Below, one piece after another: positions 1 to 13,899 of a DNA stretch of 64,000 bases. Position 1 is the stretch's first letter, and the number at the start of each line of letters is the position of its first letter. The position numbers and the translations under genes are program-made. The DNA is taken from positions 434,001 to 498,000 of the forward strand of contig CDROCS010000851.1 in assembly GCA_977020255.1 (NCBI GenBank), read 5' to 3'. Under the pieces are notes generated by a model, which was given only the letters and a program-made list of their open reading frames with translations, did not search any database and had not been told where the DNA came from. This DNA is from Obrimoposthia wandeli (taxonomy: Eukaryota).

Positions 1-1302
1 TACATCAACACTAGCAGGCCAATTCAGTGAATCACACACATGGCTGACAATGCACGCACATGTCACCTAATTTATACAGACCAATTTCGGGAAAAGTAGG
101 ATTTATTATTAGTGAATTTATAAAGCGGTATCTCCAGGCGCTTTTGTAGACTCAAAATATACGATTGTTTTAATCCAAAATGATGATATATTCTAATTTT
201 AAAGCATACTTCTGAAATCTCACGATATTTTTCAGAACACCACCTAAAATGTCATCAGAATTAAATGGGTCCGGTTTGCAAATTCAAAGTCAGAATAGAT
301 AGACGAATATTTCATAAATTAATCCAAGACTTTCTAGAGAACAAACATTTTCATTAAATTATTCGCTGTATTGAAAAGCGAAAAAGTTCAAATCTATGTG
401 AAATTTGTCGTGTAGTTTGTTCTCAAGTTTTTCATCGCATGTTGTATAGTAGCTACAGTAAAGCATGGCTCAGATATATTTTTGAATGCCTTTTAGATGT
501 TTCAATATGCTTATTTTGTCCGTTTTTATTTCTGTGCTGGCTTTTACTGATGTATTTACTTTTTATAGTCACTTCCATTTCCTTGTATTTAAAATATATA
601 CAAACTGTAACAGGAAGATTCAGTGATCTTTTACTTATATAGGAGTACATTCCAACGGGGAATCTACGAAAGAATTTATATGAATACCTGCACCAAAAAA
701 CATTTATTGTATGCTGTATATTGTTTTGTTACCTTATGTATCTGTTAAAACTGAAATGTGTTATTTCACCGTTTAAATATATTAGTTTAAAATAATCTAT
801 AGCTTATAACAGCTAAACATGTATATTTATAAAGGGAATTCAAATATAAAATTGACCAGCTAATTTACAATTAATTTAATTTTTTTTGTCAAAACTTAAC
901 TGTATTAATAATATATTGCATTATCAAAAAAATTCCAGTGTATTTATTATTTAGTTTAAATATTTACGAAATTTTGTTTGTTACTAATATTAAAATTTTG
1001 TTATTCCAGTTTTTAATATATCAGGATATTTTATTAGGTGACTTGAAATTTTTTATTCAAGATATTTAAACAGAAAAATTACTTTATATTATTTTCAAAA
1101 TAAAAATGTTTTGTGATTATCGTTTTTTGTTGTTATAACAATAGTACACCTAATTCTCCTTTTACACAGTAGATACGTTCCACAGAAAACTGTGTAAAAA
1201 GACAGACTTCATAGTAAAATAAGGGATACGTTCTATAACTTCCAAAAAATGTGCAAAACAAAAGAAATATCTATAAACCTGCAACAACAAAAAGATTGGA
1301 TG

Positions 1303-1577
1303 TACACCTAAACCTCGATTTGCGTCGCTTTCAAAGTTGCGCCGTTCATACATTTTGATGTTTTCAAAGTTGCGTTGTTAAAATTTCTATTTGTTGAAGT
1401 TGATATGTTTTTTAAACTGTTAATATTTTTATTTACATTGCTTGAGTTTAGAGGTAATATCCCCTTTATAAAGAGGATTTCCCATTTAGTATAAGCTAAA
1501 TATATGTGAAAATTGATTTCGATTTGCGTCGTCTTTATCTGATCAGAATTAACGACCCAAATCGAGGTTTTAGTGTA
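1303..1577. mobile_element. MITE-like element with ~20-bp imperfect inverted termini, TA-flanked
   Basis: tacacctaaacctcgatttg (1303-1322) vs caaatcgaggttttagtgta (1558-1577). Confidence 0.35.
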
Positions 1578-1736
1578 TTCAACTCATCACAATTAAAATT
1601 CATAATCAATATACTAATAAGTAAGTATTTCATTTCATAAGTTTGAAAAATTCAATAATCAATACTTCAAAAATTATTAACTTTATCACTTCCGCATTGA
1701 TTATGCTGACAATTGTTTTTGAAAATCTTATTTCAG

Positions 1737-1827
1737 AGGGCACATGTCTCTTTTGAAGAAAGAAGGCGAGCGCAACAGCTTCTACGATAATTGTCCAAAA
1801 GACGGAGCCAAATCATCATCAGATAAA
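1737..1827 (+). CDS. MAP4K3: MAP4K3/5-like kinase, linker exon (GHMSLLKKEGERN...)
   Basis: tttcAG acceptor and GTAAGT donor; phase-0 end matches next exon; SLLK resembles the MAP4K3/5 linker. Confidence 0.55.
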
Positions 1828-4271
1828 GTAAGTTTTTATCATATGTCTTATATTTTGATTGGTTACAATAAATCAGGTTTTATGATATGTTTAAATATAG
1901 ATTTTTTCCTATTATTCTACTTATAATGTTAATTTATCTGCTTAAAATGAACCAATTTTATTACATGAAATACATTTAATATTGAGAGAAAATTTAGACG
2001 CAACTGAAAATAATTTTAATATACATGTCGATAAATTCTTATCAAAGCAATACTTGAGTTACTCGTTTTCCGATTGATTTGTGTGACAAAATAAAATGAC
2101 TGAAAAATTCTCAGTCAAATTATGGGGATATTTTTATAATAATTTTCATTTCCAAGATAACGCATTTATTTATTAAAATTATTCTCCTTCAATAAAATAT
2201 AATTGAATGCCAGTGATGTGTTATATGGTTATCATTATACATCAATTGGTTAAACTCTATGTCACATGGACATCCGTAGGGTCTGCTCAGACTCTTAGAC
2301 ATGTGCATTGCACTTCAACTTTCATGAACTTCCACTTGGACTAATTTTAATTCTGTTTATCCAATGTGACCCATTAGAATAATATAAATCTTAAATCGGT
2401 TTCAAATAAAATAAGATTTGTTGATGTAATTTATAAGCATGTTACTCATAATTATAATCTTCTTTTGATTAGTTTGATGAATTTTTTATTAATTTGTGTT
2501 TCAAAATCCCCGTTCAGTTGTCGATTAGAATTGAAGTTCAAATATGTTTACTAACAGATAGTACAACTCAATGGTGATAATCTTCAAAGATGAACATCAT
2601 ATATATTATATTGATAATAAAATTGAGAATATGAATGAACTTACTACACGCACATGCATTTTCAAATGAACAATGATACCTCAAATCATGTGTGATAATA
2701 ACATATAAGTATATAGGCACACATAAATAAGGAATTGTATGTGATGTAGTCTTTATTTTTTAATATAGAAGATCATTTTTTCAAGAAACTAACACTTTTT
2801 AGACTTAAAATGATGATTAACTATATATTTTAACATTCTTAAAATTAGCGTTTTAATACTTAACATTTAAGAAAGTTATTGCTAAGAAAGCTCTCTTCTT
2901 TTTTTAATAAAAATATAATGAAATTTCAATGATGCTGAAAATTATAACACAATGTGGAAGACAAGACGCTTCAAAAGATATTTTTGTTAAGAAATAAATT
3001 AATTTAAAAAAAAACCTCGAAAAAGTTTTATTTTTTACCTTAAAACATAATCACATACAAAAATCCATATACTGTTACCATGTATTTCTAATGATGTATC
3101 GTCGTTGAGATGAGCCAGGTATATCTGAATGAAAATCAAATGTACTGATAATTTGTCACAATTGGAATTTTAGGGTATCTATTTAGGACAAGATTGGCTA
3201 AAAGTTTAATTAAATAATTAAAATTTCTCGAAAAATATGTAGAGTTCACAAATACAAATTTTACTGAAGTAATCATTATCCACTAAATAATACAATTAGA
3301 TATTCGAAATAAATTTAAACCATAAATTTCCATTTCTATTTTGTAATATTTATCAATTAAATATTTTACTCTGACCATAATTATTGCATAATTCAAAAAT
3401 ATTTACATTTACATAAATTATATCCTTAATATTAAGTTAATAAAAGTAAGCATTTTTTAGTTTATATTATGAAAATCGAAGAATTTGGGTCGATAAAACT
3501 TAGCTCGTACAGGGAATATATAATAATGTTTTGTTATGATTGCTAAGGAACTGCAACGAAAGTTATGCTTTCAATTTATATAAACTATATCAGTAAAGGG
3601 ACTTTTATATAAGAATGGGCTTTTTAGTCGGATTGCTGCTCTGAAACCAAAGATTTAATTGTTAAATAAAAGAAGGCTTCAATTTTCACAAAAGATGGAA
3701 TTTAAATCAATGGATTCTTTCTCTCGCATCAATGCAGAGTTGTTAGACATCAATGGATTAGACGGTTTGTTCGTAATATTTTAAAATAACATAGATGTAC
3801 ATTTTTATTAAAATATTATTATTTAATTTTTTTTATTAACTAATAGTGTTTTATTTAATTAACTTTTGTACTTTTGTAAGTACTGAAATTCAGAGATCTT
3901 TTAATTATATTTCATATTTTAATTATATGAAATAGTTTTCACCACTTCTGTATTACTCAAATCTAAATGTTTCTTCAAAGTATGTTTCTGAAATATTTAT
4001 TATTTGACATTTTTCTTAATAATTACAAAAAGTGCAAAAAATAATTTCTAAAACGCAAATTTTGTTTTAAAACATAAATTCCATTGGTAAAAGAAATATT
4101 CAAGGTCATTGAATTTAGAAAGACAGAATAACATATTATAAGCTCAGTAGAATGAAATGAAATATTAAAAAAAGAATTAGTAAAGGATAAAAAATCATTT
4201 TGGTTTAGTGTTTGTAGAAGTTATTGGGATGCTACATATTATTATCAGTAATGTAAGTAATATGTTTATAG

Positions 4272-4661
4272 GACCGAATCTGCTCGTCATTGGGTGACCT
4301 GCACCTGGTGGTATCGGACAACCGCGGTCCGCGCCCGAATCCCTCCATACAGGGTGGATCTCCGCAGGTGCTACCACCACCAGTACCACCCCAGCGACCA
4401 CGGTCTATGGCGGGCAGCAGTGGTGACGTCCTAACTTCAGGCGGTAGTCAACAGAAGCCGAGCAGGCCAGACAAACCTCCCCAGTATCTACCTGAGTTGA
4501 ATGTGCTGGATGACAATGTAGCTGGCGTTGCCACGGGGCCCTCACAACCTCCCACCCCGGCCACGCCCAAGACTGCTGCGGCCAATAACAAGCGCGTGTC
4601 GCAACAAGAGTTTCTCGACGAATTTGACCGCTTCAACATTCCACAGATTCCCAAGGTTCAT
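4272..4661 (+). CDS. MAP4K3: MAP4K3/5-like kinase, proline-rich exon ending IPQIPKVH
   Basis: AG/GTAAGT boundaries, 390 nt in frame, PPPVPP motifs, ...PKVH directly precedes the CNH start MGACF as in MAP4K3/5. Confidence 0.85.
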
Positions 4662-5221
4662 GTAAGTTTTCAAATTACAATTGATATTATCTGCGAGTAT
4701 CAGTTCAAAAATACACGATATCAGGGTGGTTCGAAGAGTGGATGAACGTTTGTTGAGACATGCTCATCACTGTTTGCTACTACACAATAATAAACACCGT
4801 GTAAACGTTATTCGAAAATGTGTAACAATTTCTAAATTGCATTTGTCCGGAATGAGTAGTCTTCACATGAGTACACCTTACACTCAGGTACATGTGAATT
4901 AAATCCTATGCGCACTTTGAAATATTTTGCACACATGATTTACAGTTTACATTAAATTTTCAAAACTGTAAATGGGTTTAAATAAATATTTATGAAACAA
5001 AAATCAGTTCCCACACTAGATTAGCTTCATAAACATTATTTTGGGATCTGATTCTTTTTAAATATTTAAATATAAATACGATTTTATTAATTGAACTCGA
5101 TATTTATGGGTCCTTCATGTAATTAGAATTATCGGAATAAAGTACTATATGTATTTTTGTTTAAGTTTTTTGATGTCATATGTGCCGAATAAATCAAAGT
5201 AGTTCCAATAAATAAATATTA

Positions 5222-5224
<3 letters not shown>

Positions 5225-5300
<76 letters not shown>
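5225..5300. repeat. (TA)n microsatellite
   Basis: ~38 uninterrupted TA units. Confidence 0.98.
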
Positions 5301-5303
<3 letters not shown>

Positions 5304-6499
5304 GTAGAAACGAATTTGTAATGTCTTGTAACTGTGTTTATTGGTTGCTAATTCTTGTCCATTTAGTTTTATAGTTTTTCAAATTATTGATTAAAAAATC
5401 AAAACATAACGTATACAACTTTTCTCATCAATTTATTATTATCGCTAGATCTGCAAGTATTTCAGACAAATATCACGATCAATAAATGCTGTAATACGAT
5501 GCATTTTGAATTCATAGCTTATAAACGTTGAAATGTGTTTTTCAAAATACTTCTGGTTATGTAATAGTGAAGACTAATCTATCCTGCTTGAAAGTGTCAA
5601 ACCACGTACTTTTATATAGACGACATTTTCCCATCTAAATTTCTAAACGGTGTTTCTCCACTTATTTACATTCAAAGAAGAAAGATAAAATCAACATAAA
5701 TAAAAGGTAACTGACATTTGATTCACCCTTATATCTGTGCAATTTAATCTAACAATTTACATGCTCAATTGAGGTATTTACAATTTTCTGGATTGTTTAT
5801 AAAAAATAAGAATATTTATTAGTTTATGATTGAAATATTTAAAGTTGCATAATGTCTCCCAAACACAAAAGTTAAAAATAATACAAAAGTTGTATTATAT
5901 TTAAAAAATAATAAATTTATTAATATACATTATAAATAGAATCTAATTTATTACAACAACTATGTATTATGTTAAAATGTACCAATATAAAGTTGTATTC
6001 AAACTCATTTAATTCCCCCTAGAATACTGAAATTCTCAAGGGGGAATTCCCCGCAGTTTTGGGATCACTGTTCTAGATAAGTAAAACAGTTTAAACCTTC
6101 CTATATACCATTGCTGTCACATTTTTAAATTACGAATTTGCTTTTCAGGTTTACTTTCTCATCAACACTCCCATTCTCATCGAATCTTTTGAGTGATGGT
6201 ATTGACTTCCTATCAATTGAATGTCCATAAACTGTTTCAAATAATCTACCAACTTCTTAAAAATAGCAAGTTAAAATAAATATTCAGTAAAATGTGTTCT
6301 TTCGTTTAACGCTGCAATATAATGATAAAATTATCGACTATAAATTGCTACTCAATTGATAAAAATAAATAAATTATCTAGTCATTTATTATTTCATAGA
6401 AATAATATGAATTACTTTTGGGATTGAGGTACTTTCTGTGTTTGGTTATTTTTGCACATGACATTATATTTGTTTATATAATTTATAATACTTTTTTAG

Positions 6500-6584
6500 A
6501 TGGGTGCTTGCTTTGCACTCATATTCGAAGGTTGCCCATTGAAAATCAATTCTTCTGGTTCCTGGACGAATCCTGCAACAAAGG
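6500..6584 (+). CDS. MAP4K3: MAP4K3/5-like CNH exon (MGACFALIFEGCPLKINSSGSWTNP)
   Basis: Matches the family motif MGACFSKVFNGCPLKI; AG/GTGAGT. Confidence 0.92.
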
Positions 6585-6971
6585 GTGAGTGTGCATCAAA
6601 ATCGAAATTTTGCCCTTTAATATAGATAATTCAATTCACTTTAGTTTGTGAAGAAAGATTTGGCGAGAAAATATGTTTTAAAAAATATAAAGATTTTTTC
6701 ATGCATACAAACTGTTTTTTTTTTTGGGAATGCTGTGAATTGAAGTTGTAACAATGATTCTCAATCACCCTGTATATTTACAAAAAAAGTACTTTTTTAT
6801 AATCACAGCAATCGGTTATCAACAACATCCGGTGTGCATTTGTGTGCTGTCTGCTGTTCATTTATTATCTTAATTCGCGTGCCATTTAAAATGTCGTAAT
6901 GTTTTTATTTTTACTATTTCAATTGAATAATGTGATATATATTTATTTTGAGATTTTGAGATACCTTAGTC

Positions 6972-8111
6972 CAGGGTTTCTCAACGGGGGCCCTGGGGCC
7001 CCCTGGGGGGCCACACAATTTGCCAGGGGGGCCACACGAGCCAAACAAAAAAAAAAATTAACACCCCTGTTTTCACTGGGTTAAACACTTCGATGGCTGC
7101 ACACGTGTGCCACAAATAAATGTTTGACATGGAATAAAAACAGAGTATAGACTTCTAGATACATATGGACGCGACGCGTCAACTTATTGCGTGGGCGTAC
7201 CAGCCCAATGAGGGCCGACGGTAAAACATCATAATATGCCTTTGCAAAAATATCATCGCGCTACAAAAGTTTGTGTGGCGGATGTGGCATGTGCATAATC
7301 ACCATCCTGAGTAATCTATGGACTAAAATCCGTAATCGTGTTGTGTCTCAGCGTGTGAAGAGAAGAGTGTCACACTTCATGTGTACATGCCCAAAATACG
7401 CTGCCATTGTAAAATGCTACCTACCTAACTCACAAACGTCCACTTGTGTTTGTTTTGAATGAGTCAGTGGTTGATTTCTTTCTCTTGTTTGTCATTCACC
7501 ATATCTGAATGTATACACATAAGACCTTGTTTTTCTAATTGTCTTTTTGCTCACGTTACCCTTGTAAACAATTTTCATTTGTGATTTTTAGTTGACAATG
7601 AGCAGCAAAAAAAGTGCAGACAGTATAATTGTGATTATTTACGTTTCGGATTCATTGCAAGCTAAAGTAATTCTAGTAAAGCAGAATTGGGTGGCAGCAT
7701 GGCTGGAAAATTCAGAAATTTATCCGGAAATTTTCAAGAAGATTTATCCCTTTATTGTTAATCTACCGACGTCGGTGTTAGCTGAGAAGGGGTTCTCAGT
7801 TGTCCTTCATTCGTTCGCAAAACAGCGGATGAATCTCAAGTTGTGTGACAATGCAGAAATCCGTTTACGACTTTCTGAAATTGCTCCAGATTTCACTACA
7901 CTTGTTGGCAAACGCCAAGCGCAAGGGTCACACTAACATTTTTTAAATATAGTTTTCTCATTGATTATCTTTTTGAATGTTTCCATGACAGAATAGTATA
8001 ATTGAAAACAATACGTATACGATGTAATCTTTTTGTCCACAGTAGAGGGGGGCCACAGCAATTTGCTGCAAACTAAAGGGGGCCGTGGTGAAAAAAGGTT
8101 GAGAAACCCTG
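6972..8111 (+). mobile_element. Buster-type hAT non-autonomous transposon (1140 bp)
   Basis: TIR CAGGGTTTCTCAAC/GTTGAGAAACCCTG; 8-bp TSD CCTTAGTC (nnnTAnnn); residual dimerisation-domain ORF 7592-7936 (LAEKGFSVV...KRQAQGSH). Confidence 0.95.
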
Positions 8112-8699
8112 CCTTAGTCTAACTAAAATTGATACATGTGCAAATGTTCATAGCAACAAATTTTGTAAATATGGAATTATCTTTACATTTATGTCTAATT
8201 AGCATTGTTTCTTGTTTCTTTTTTCTTTACCAACCACACTATCTATGACATTAGTTGAATATGAATTTGTTCAATCTTGTTCAACCTATGTAATCTCGTG
8301 AAAGACGAAATAAAACAAGAGAAAAACATAAATACATGTATTTAATATAATATTAATAATTTGTTGAACAAGCGTTGTATTTTAAAACTTTGTTCTAACA
8401 TAGGTACCGAAATATAAAACCTAACTCTACAAAAACTAAAGAATTATTTTTCCAGTTTGTTAATTTTTTTTATTGTTTTTAAATGCATTTTTTCCTGATT
8501 CCAAAAATTTATTTGTTTATTTTCAAACTTTAATATTTTTAGAGTTATTTTAATTTTGATTTTTTTTAAAATTAAAAAAGTAGTAATTTAAGTTTTTATA
8601 TAATAACAATTATAAATATATTTCTGTAAATATGACAGTGTAAATGAACAGAAATTTCAATTTGCTATGTTTTTGGGAAATACGCATTAATCCTAAGAT

Positions 8700-9620
8700 T
8701 AATAAATATAAAATCCAATTAGTTGCGAAATATGCTTATGCTTTTCAAGAATATTTTGATTTACTGATGTGTGATCAAGATTATATATGTGAATGTTGCC
8801 GCTCAACTTTAGAGGGATGGCTATGTGTCTCAAGAACATGAATTAGCTTTTCAATACAAAGAATTTGAAAATAGCCATCTAATGACCTTGATGATTGCTT
8901 TTTGTTGTACAGATATATCAAAGGCAAGAAGTGTCAACATTTAGTTTCCAGACATACCTTATTTTTTGGTCCCAGTTCCATATTATGATGATATGTCTAT
9001 TTAAATATATATATTTCCTCCCCTTCAATTAGCCTCGGTGGATAGTCCAAGTCTTCTGTAACTTACTTTGATCCAAACTTTGAATAAGATTTTCATTTTC
9101 CAGATCAAGAAGAATCTAATGATTTAATAAGATATCTTCATTTAATTAAAAACGGTACTTTGTCATTAGCATCTATGTTAAAACCATGGAATTTATTGGA
9201 TAGAAGCTGTAAAATATCTTATTACATAAAGACACATTTAAAATATTCATCATATTTCACATTTTCCGAACAAAATCTTTTATTCTATTTTGTTGATTTA
9301 TGGAAAATGGTCATTCAGTATTCTAAATCTGAAAAGCATTTTTTATTGATGGGTTCACTAAAAGCCTGAAAACAGTTTTACTTGACAATGGTTATACGCT
9401 TTCATCAATACTTGTGGATGCAGAATTTAATTAAAATGCGCTATTTTCATCCACACCTCAACTTTTTCAAAGAAAACTTCGGTGAAGAACATGGCTAGCG
9501 TTTCCATCAAGACATTGTAGATATAGAAAAACGATATCAAAGCAGATGAGATGAATAGAAAAATTGATATAAAGAATTTTATTGTTTTTTCATATTTTAA
9601 TGGATATAATATCATTTGAA
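8700..9620 (+). pseudogene. Chapaev3-like (CMC) transposase remnant
   Basis: Decayed ICECCRSTLEGWL (Chapa zinc finger), ESNDLIR, and HPHLNFFKEN...EEHG*RFHQDI..IEKRYQ motifs; family assignment from recalled motifs. Confidence 0.6.
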
Positions 9621-10040
9621 ACGCCTATACTTAAAAACGTTGAGACTTTGGGGAAAAAGGTAAATTCATATTATTTTATGAATGTGAAGAACCAAACATT
9701 TTCCTAACACATTTATCCATTGTAGATTCAATCAGTCAATTTCAGAATATAAATGTTTGTTTTTCCATCTTCGACAATTTAGATTGAATTCGAGAATCTT
9801 ATAATCCCGGTTTTCCCGAAATATTTGGCTCACTAACAGATTTAGTGATTGTTCATCAGTAAACTTCAAACCCGACTTTCTCGATTGTTTTCGTAACACC
9901 AAACGATATCGGAGAATAGAGTTTCTCTGTATCAAATAGTTACTCAACACAGCAACATTGAATAATAAATTGATCCAATCACTAACAATTAAAGATTATT
10001 GTGTATTTTATAAAATACGCTTAAACTGTTGCCTTTGCAG

Positions 10041-10120
10041 ACAAACTGATGTTACTGGGCACCAACGACGGTATCTACTACCTCAACACCAATGAAATGC
10101 ACGAGAAGTCTTTAGAAATG
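10041..10120 (+). CDS. MAP4K3: MAP4K3/5-like CNH exon (KLMLLGTNDGIYYLNTNEMHE)
   Basis: Matches LIFGAEEGIYTLNLNELHE; splice phases consistent. Confidence 0.9.
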
Positions 10121-10375
10121 GTAAACTATTGATATTTCGGTGAAAATTCTCAACAGTGTACAATGTGAACATTTGTGTCACGACAATTTTTTATTTATTC
10201 TTCAGTCTGTCGGAATTTATCTTAGATTGCGGTGTATTCTGTGACTATGTCAGTGTGTCTACGTGTTTGCATCTTGGTTCGGAGTGGATCTTACATAGTG
10301 TAGCTTGACATACTACAGTGACGACACAGGCTTATTGTATAAGTGTATTGTGTTTATGTTTTTTACCCATTGCAG

Positions 10376-10536
10376 CTGGTCCCGAGACCGTGTCTATGGC
10401 TCAGCATCATCCGAGACACGATGATGACCCTATCAGGTCGCGGACCGCAGCTTTACACGCACAACCTCGTCAGTCTCATCCGCATGAAACCACAGGAGCA
10501 GTCAATGGGCCGCCTCACCACGCGTCTCTTGCCAAA
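10376..10536 (+). CDS. MAP4K3: MAP4K3/5-like CNH exon (LVPRPCLWLSIIRDTMMTLSG)
   Basis: Matches LFPRRCTWL...LSG; AG/GTATGT. Confidence 0.9.
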
Positions 10537-12127
10537 GTATGTGCATCACATATCCCATTCTTTTCTCGAGACACACTGTTTCTTGACCTCTATATCATAG
10601 CTTCTACATACTATGCAGCAATTATTTACGTTTTTGGATGTGTGGTGCAGTTTTTGCTTTTTGAATCCGATTAAATGAAAGGTTTCCGGATAATGGATCA
10701 AGTCTGTGGCACATTGTAAAAGAAGGTTACGCTAGAATTTGCAACTCGCTTCTAGGAATTCTTAAGTGGTGCTCATTTTGAAAATAAAATATTGTAATTT
10801 ACATATCAAAAAATGAATACATCTAAAAAATTGTGACGCATTTTCTGATGACTGGATTTTACCTGTCACTATTGTTTTCTCGAATCGACAAATTAATAAT
10901 TAATTAAACACATTCAACATCGTCAAATTCAACATTTAAAGGTCATAGGAACTTTTAAAATTGTGCTGTACATAATTCTATTTATGGTCTTCAACGTTGA
11001 TGACATAACGGAATATTTTCAGTATATTTATTAGACAGTCTTAATTATAAACATTTCCACCAATTCGCAAAAGATTCTCATTTCCAATCTTTTTAATAGC
11101 AGCAATTTAAACATATCAAAAGCCACTTTCAGTTCATACTCACAATTATAACCATTTCATCGAATGACCTTACAGCGTCAGAGAATAGTAAAGTTATTCA
11201 TATTTCCAATTGTACAATTTTTGTTTTTTTCTCTACCGTAATCATAGTTTGTAAAGTATTAACCTTGACATGTAAAGAATATTGTTTTACTTTCATTCTG
11301 AACTGATATGTGATATTAACATTACACTTTTAGTTAAAAATAAAAGGTTTAATTTGTTGCATGAATATGTCATTTAAAATGACATCCAATAACATCCAAG
11401 GTGAATATAACAGGAGATACAAATTTCTGATTTATTTAACTTGAAAATTGACATTTTATCACACTCTCAAGAAGAAATTATTTCGTCGAATGATTGTACA
11501 TCGTCAGAGAATAGTAAAGTTTTTCATTTTTCAGCTTATTTGCAAATTTTTTAAAAAACAAAGTCGTCAGAATTATATTCACATTGAATTTTTTTTACAA
11601 ATGATTATTTAATGAACCTCCATCGGCTTCCGATCAGGGCCAAAATGGAATTTTAGAGCTTACTGTTACTTAAAAAATGTAAACATTGTATATGCATCTT
11701 AAAAGGAACGATGATGACTGCAGATTGATTAATAATTTCTAACATAACAAACAGAGTGATGCAATATTTGAAATAGCTCCGAATTTTACAACAATCTACT
11801 AATGAATAGAATAAACTGTAACAATGTTGAAAATTCAAGAAGCATACGAAGATTTTACTATTTAGAGAATTTACGAAGAAAAATATTCATCTTGATAACA
11901 CTTTTGAATTCTAATTCATATGTTTAGCGCTGTATTAAATGTATTATTGTTACTGAATTAATGCGTGATTAAAGATCAATGGTTGCAAAAACAATACTTT
12001 TGTAAGCACTGTTAGGTAATATTTTTATTTCGCTACCATTGATAATATCTACTTAATTGATTAATATATTTTGCATTTCGTGATCAATCTCTCGCCCATA
12101 GTACCTCTCTCTTGTCTCCCATATCAG

Positions 12128-12293
12128 ACGGTTCCGGCCCAGTTCAAAATTACCGGACACAAAGGGCTGTCAGATGGTCAGCATCATAAGAAACCCCTTT
12201 ACGGGGTCTAAGTACATGTGTGCCGCTGTCGGCAAACAGATCTTCCTCTACGAGTGGTTCAGTCCGCACAGCAGCTTCATCGAAATTAAGAGG
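12128..12293 (+). CDS. MAP4K3: MAP4K3/5-like CNH exon (KLPDTKGCQMVSIIRNPFTGSKYMCAA)
   Basis: Matches KIPDTKGC...RNPYTGHKYLC. Confidence 0.92.
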
Positions 12294-12369
12294 GTATAGT
12301 CCTAGATATCTGTCTGAAAATTTAAAAGCCATGAATGAGCGAATAGTCAATAATCTCGATGTTGTGCAG

Positions 12370-12550
12370 GTCGATGTACCGGTGATGCCGTGTCCTTTGC
12401 TGAACTTTGATCTATTGGTGAGTCGAGAGCAGAATTTGCCCATTGTCTGCCTCAGTGTTTCACGAACGACTGACACCGACAAGTACAAGCTCAACCTCGT
12501 CAATATGGAGGAAAATAATCGCAGTGTCTGGTTTCAATCACCTCCTGGAG
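12370..12550 (+). CDS. MAP4K3: MAP4K3/5-like CNH exon (VDVPVMPCPLLNFDLLV...PIVCLSV)
   Basis: Matches FPLPSPLNVFEMLV...PMVCV; splice phases consistent. Confidence 0.88.
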
Positions 12551-12653
12551 GTAACACATTGTTTAAATTTTATTTATACTACTGATAATTGTAAAAAGTA
12601 TTTCAGGAAATATTTAAACTTATTTATTTTTAATACTCAACTAATTTGTGCAG

Positions 12654-12722
12654 TGGAGGACAGAATGGACCTTGTGAAAGTGTTGCAAATTGAGCCCAAT
12701 ACTCTTCTGATGTGCTTTCCAG
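12654..12722 (+). CDS. MAP4K3: MAP4K3/5-like CNH exon (DLVKVLQIEPNTLLMCF)
   Basis: Matches VTQLERDTVLVC; followed by a 45-nt intron. Confidence 0.85.
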
Positions 12723-12767
12723 GTATGATATTGACTTAATTGTTCTTGATCTTACACCTTCCTTCAG

Positions 12768-12860
12768 AACGTGCTATCTTTCTCAATATGAGCGGTAGAG
12801 TTAAGACGAGTCGTAACAAGATTAACTCCCTTGAATTCGGTACCTGTATCGAGTCCGTCG
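12768..12860 (+). CDS. MAP4K3: MAP4K3/5-like CNH exon (FLNMSGRVKTSRNKINSLEFGTCIESV)
   Basis: Matches VNLQGKLKSSKK...FDFRIESV. Confidence 0.88.
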
Positions 12861-13292
12861 GTGAGTGACTGACATTTTGTGCTTTATTGTTAATTTTGAT
12901 GAGCCATTTAATTTCTGTTGTAGTATAATTCATAAGTACTGAAAACCTTTCTGGTTGTGGATCTTAAATGATTTATTAGATATAAATATAGAAATAAATA
13001 CATGGCGGGACATAATTAAAATAATAACTACTAAGTCTATACTATTTGAATATTTAAATTGAATTGTAATACATTATAGAAAATGAGGTTTGGTATGGGA
13101 ATTGAGTTTCTAAATATTGACATGTATAATTTTAAGATGTTATCCATGAAAATATTAAAAGCAGTACAAAATGTTCATTTTATAGTGTGTATATAGATGC
13201 CGATTGTTATTCTGCATTAACACAAATCCGTATTATTTTATGTGATAATTGGTTGCTATAGTAACAAGAGATCTCTTTGGGATATCGTACAG

Positions 13293-13416
13293 TTGGTCTA
13301 CGGGACAGCATCTTGGTGTTCCACACCCATGGTCTCAAAGGCATTGATTTCAGTGACCAGGTGACTCAGGACATAACCGACGAGAAACACATATATCGTT
13401 TGCTCAGCTCCGACAC
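13293..13416 (+). CDS. MAP4K3: MAP4K3/5-like CNH exon (GLRDSILVFHTHGLKG...VTQDITDEKHIYRLL)
   Basis: Matches CLQDSVLAFWKHGMQG...VTQEISD. Confidence 0.9.
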
Positions 13417-13899
13417 GTGAGTAATTTTGGTCAAATAGTCACACAGTACTCTTGAGATAGTACCATCTTTGTTGTACATCGGTCGTTTCAACCTGACTCG
13501 GTATTACTAGCTTTGCGACAAAGTTTGTCCCCTGAATTATTTTCAAGTGGCATTTGACCTAAATAAATAGTATTTTAACATTATTTTCTTTTTGTGCTTT
13601 TGTAATTTCTACATTATATTGTCTAATTTCTCATAATGTATTACTTACAAATTAAAGTAGTAAATCAATCATAAGTAATTCTATCTGCATATTGATTCAA
13701 AAAAGTTACAACTTCAATTCCTAGTAATTTATGAAATAAAGTTTGTTTGCTTACAAAATTCCCTCTATTTTACATGCATACAAACTGTATTTGTGATATA
13801 CTAGAAATTGAATGGGTAACAGTTATTTTGAATAGTGCTGTTAATAAGTTTTATATGATTATCAGAATTGTTTTGATTTTAAGATAACCTCAGATAAAT

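Noticed and set aside
643-708. Possible 66-nt MAP4K exon (AG...GTATGC, phase 2-2)
   Set aside because: Phase fits but no recognisable similarity and a weak donor
11162-11530. ~40-bp direct repeat (cgtcagagaatagtaaagt) at 11162 and 11489
   Set aside because: Probably an old TE remnant; no termini or coding motifs to classify
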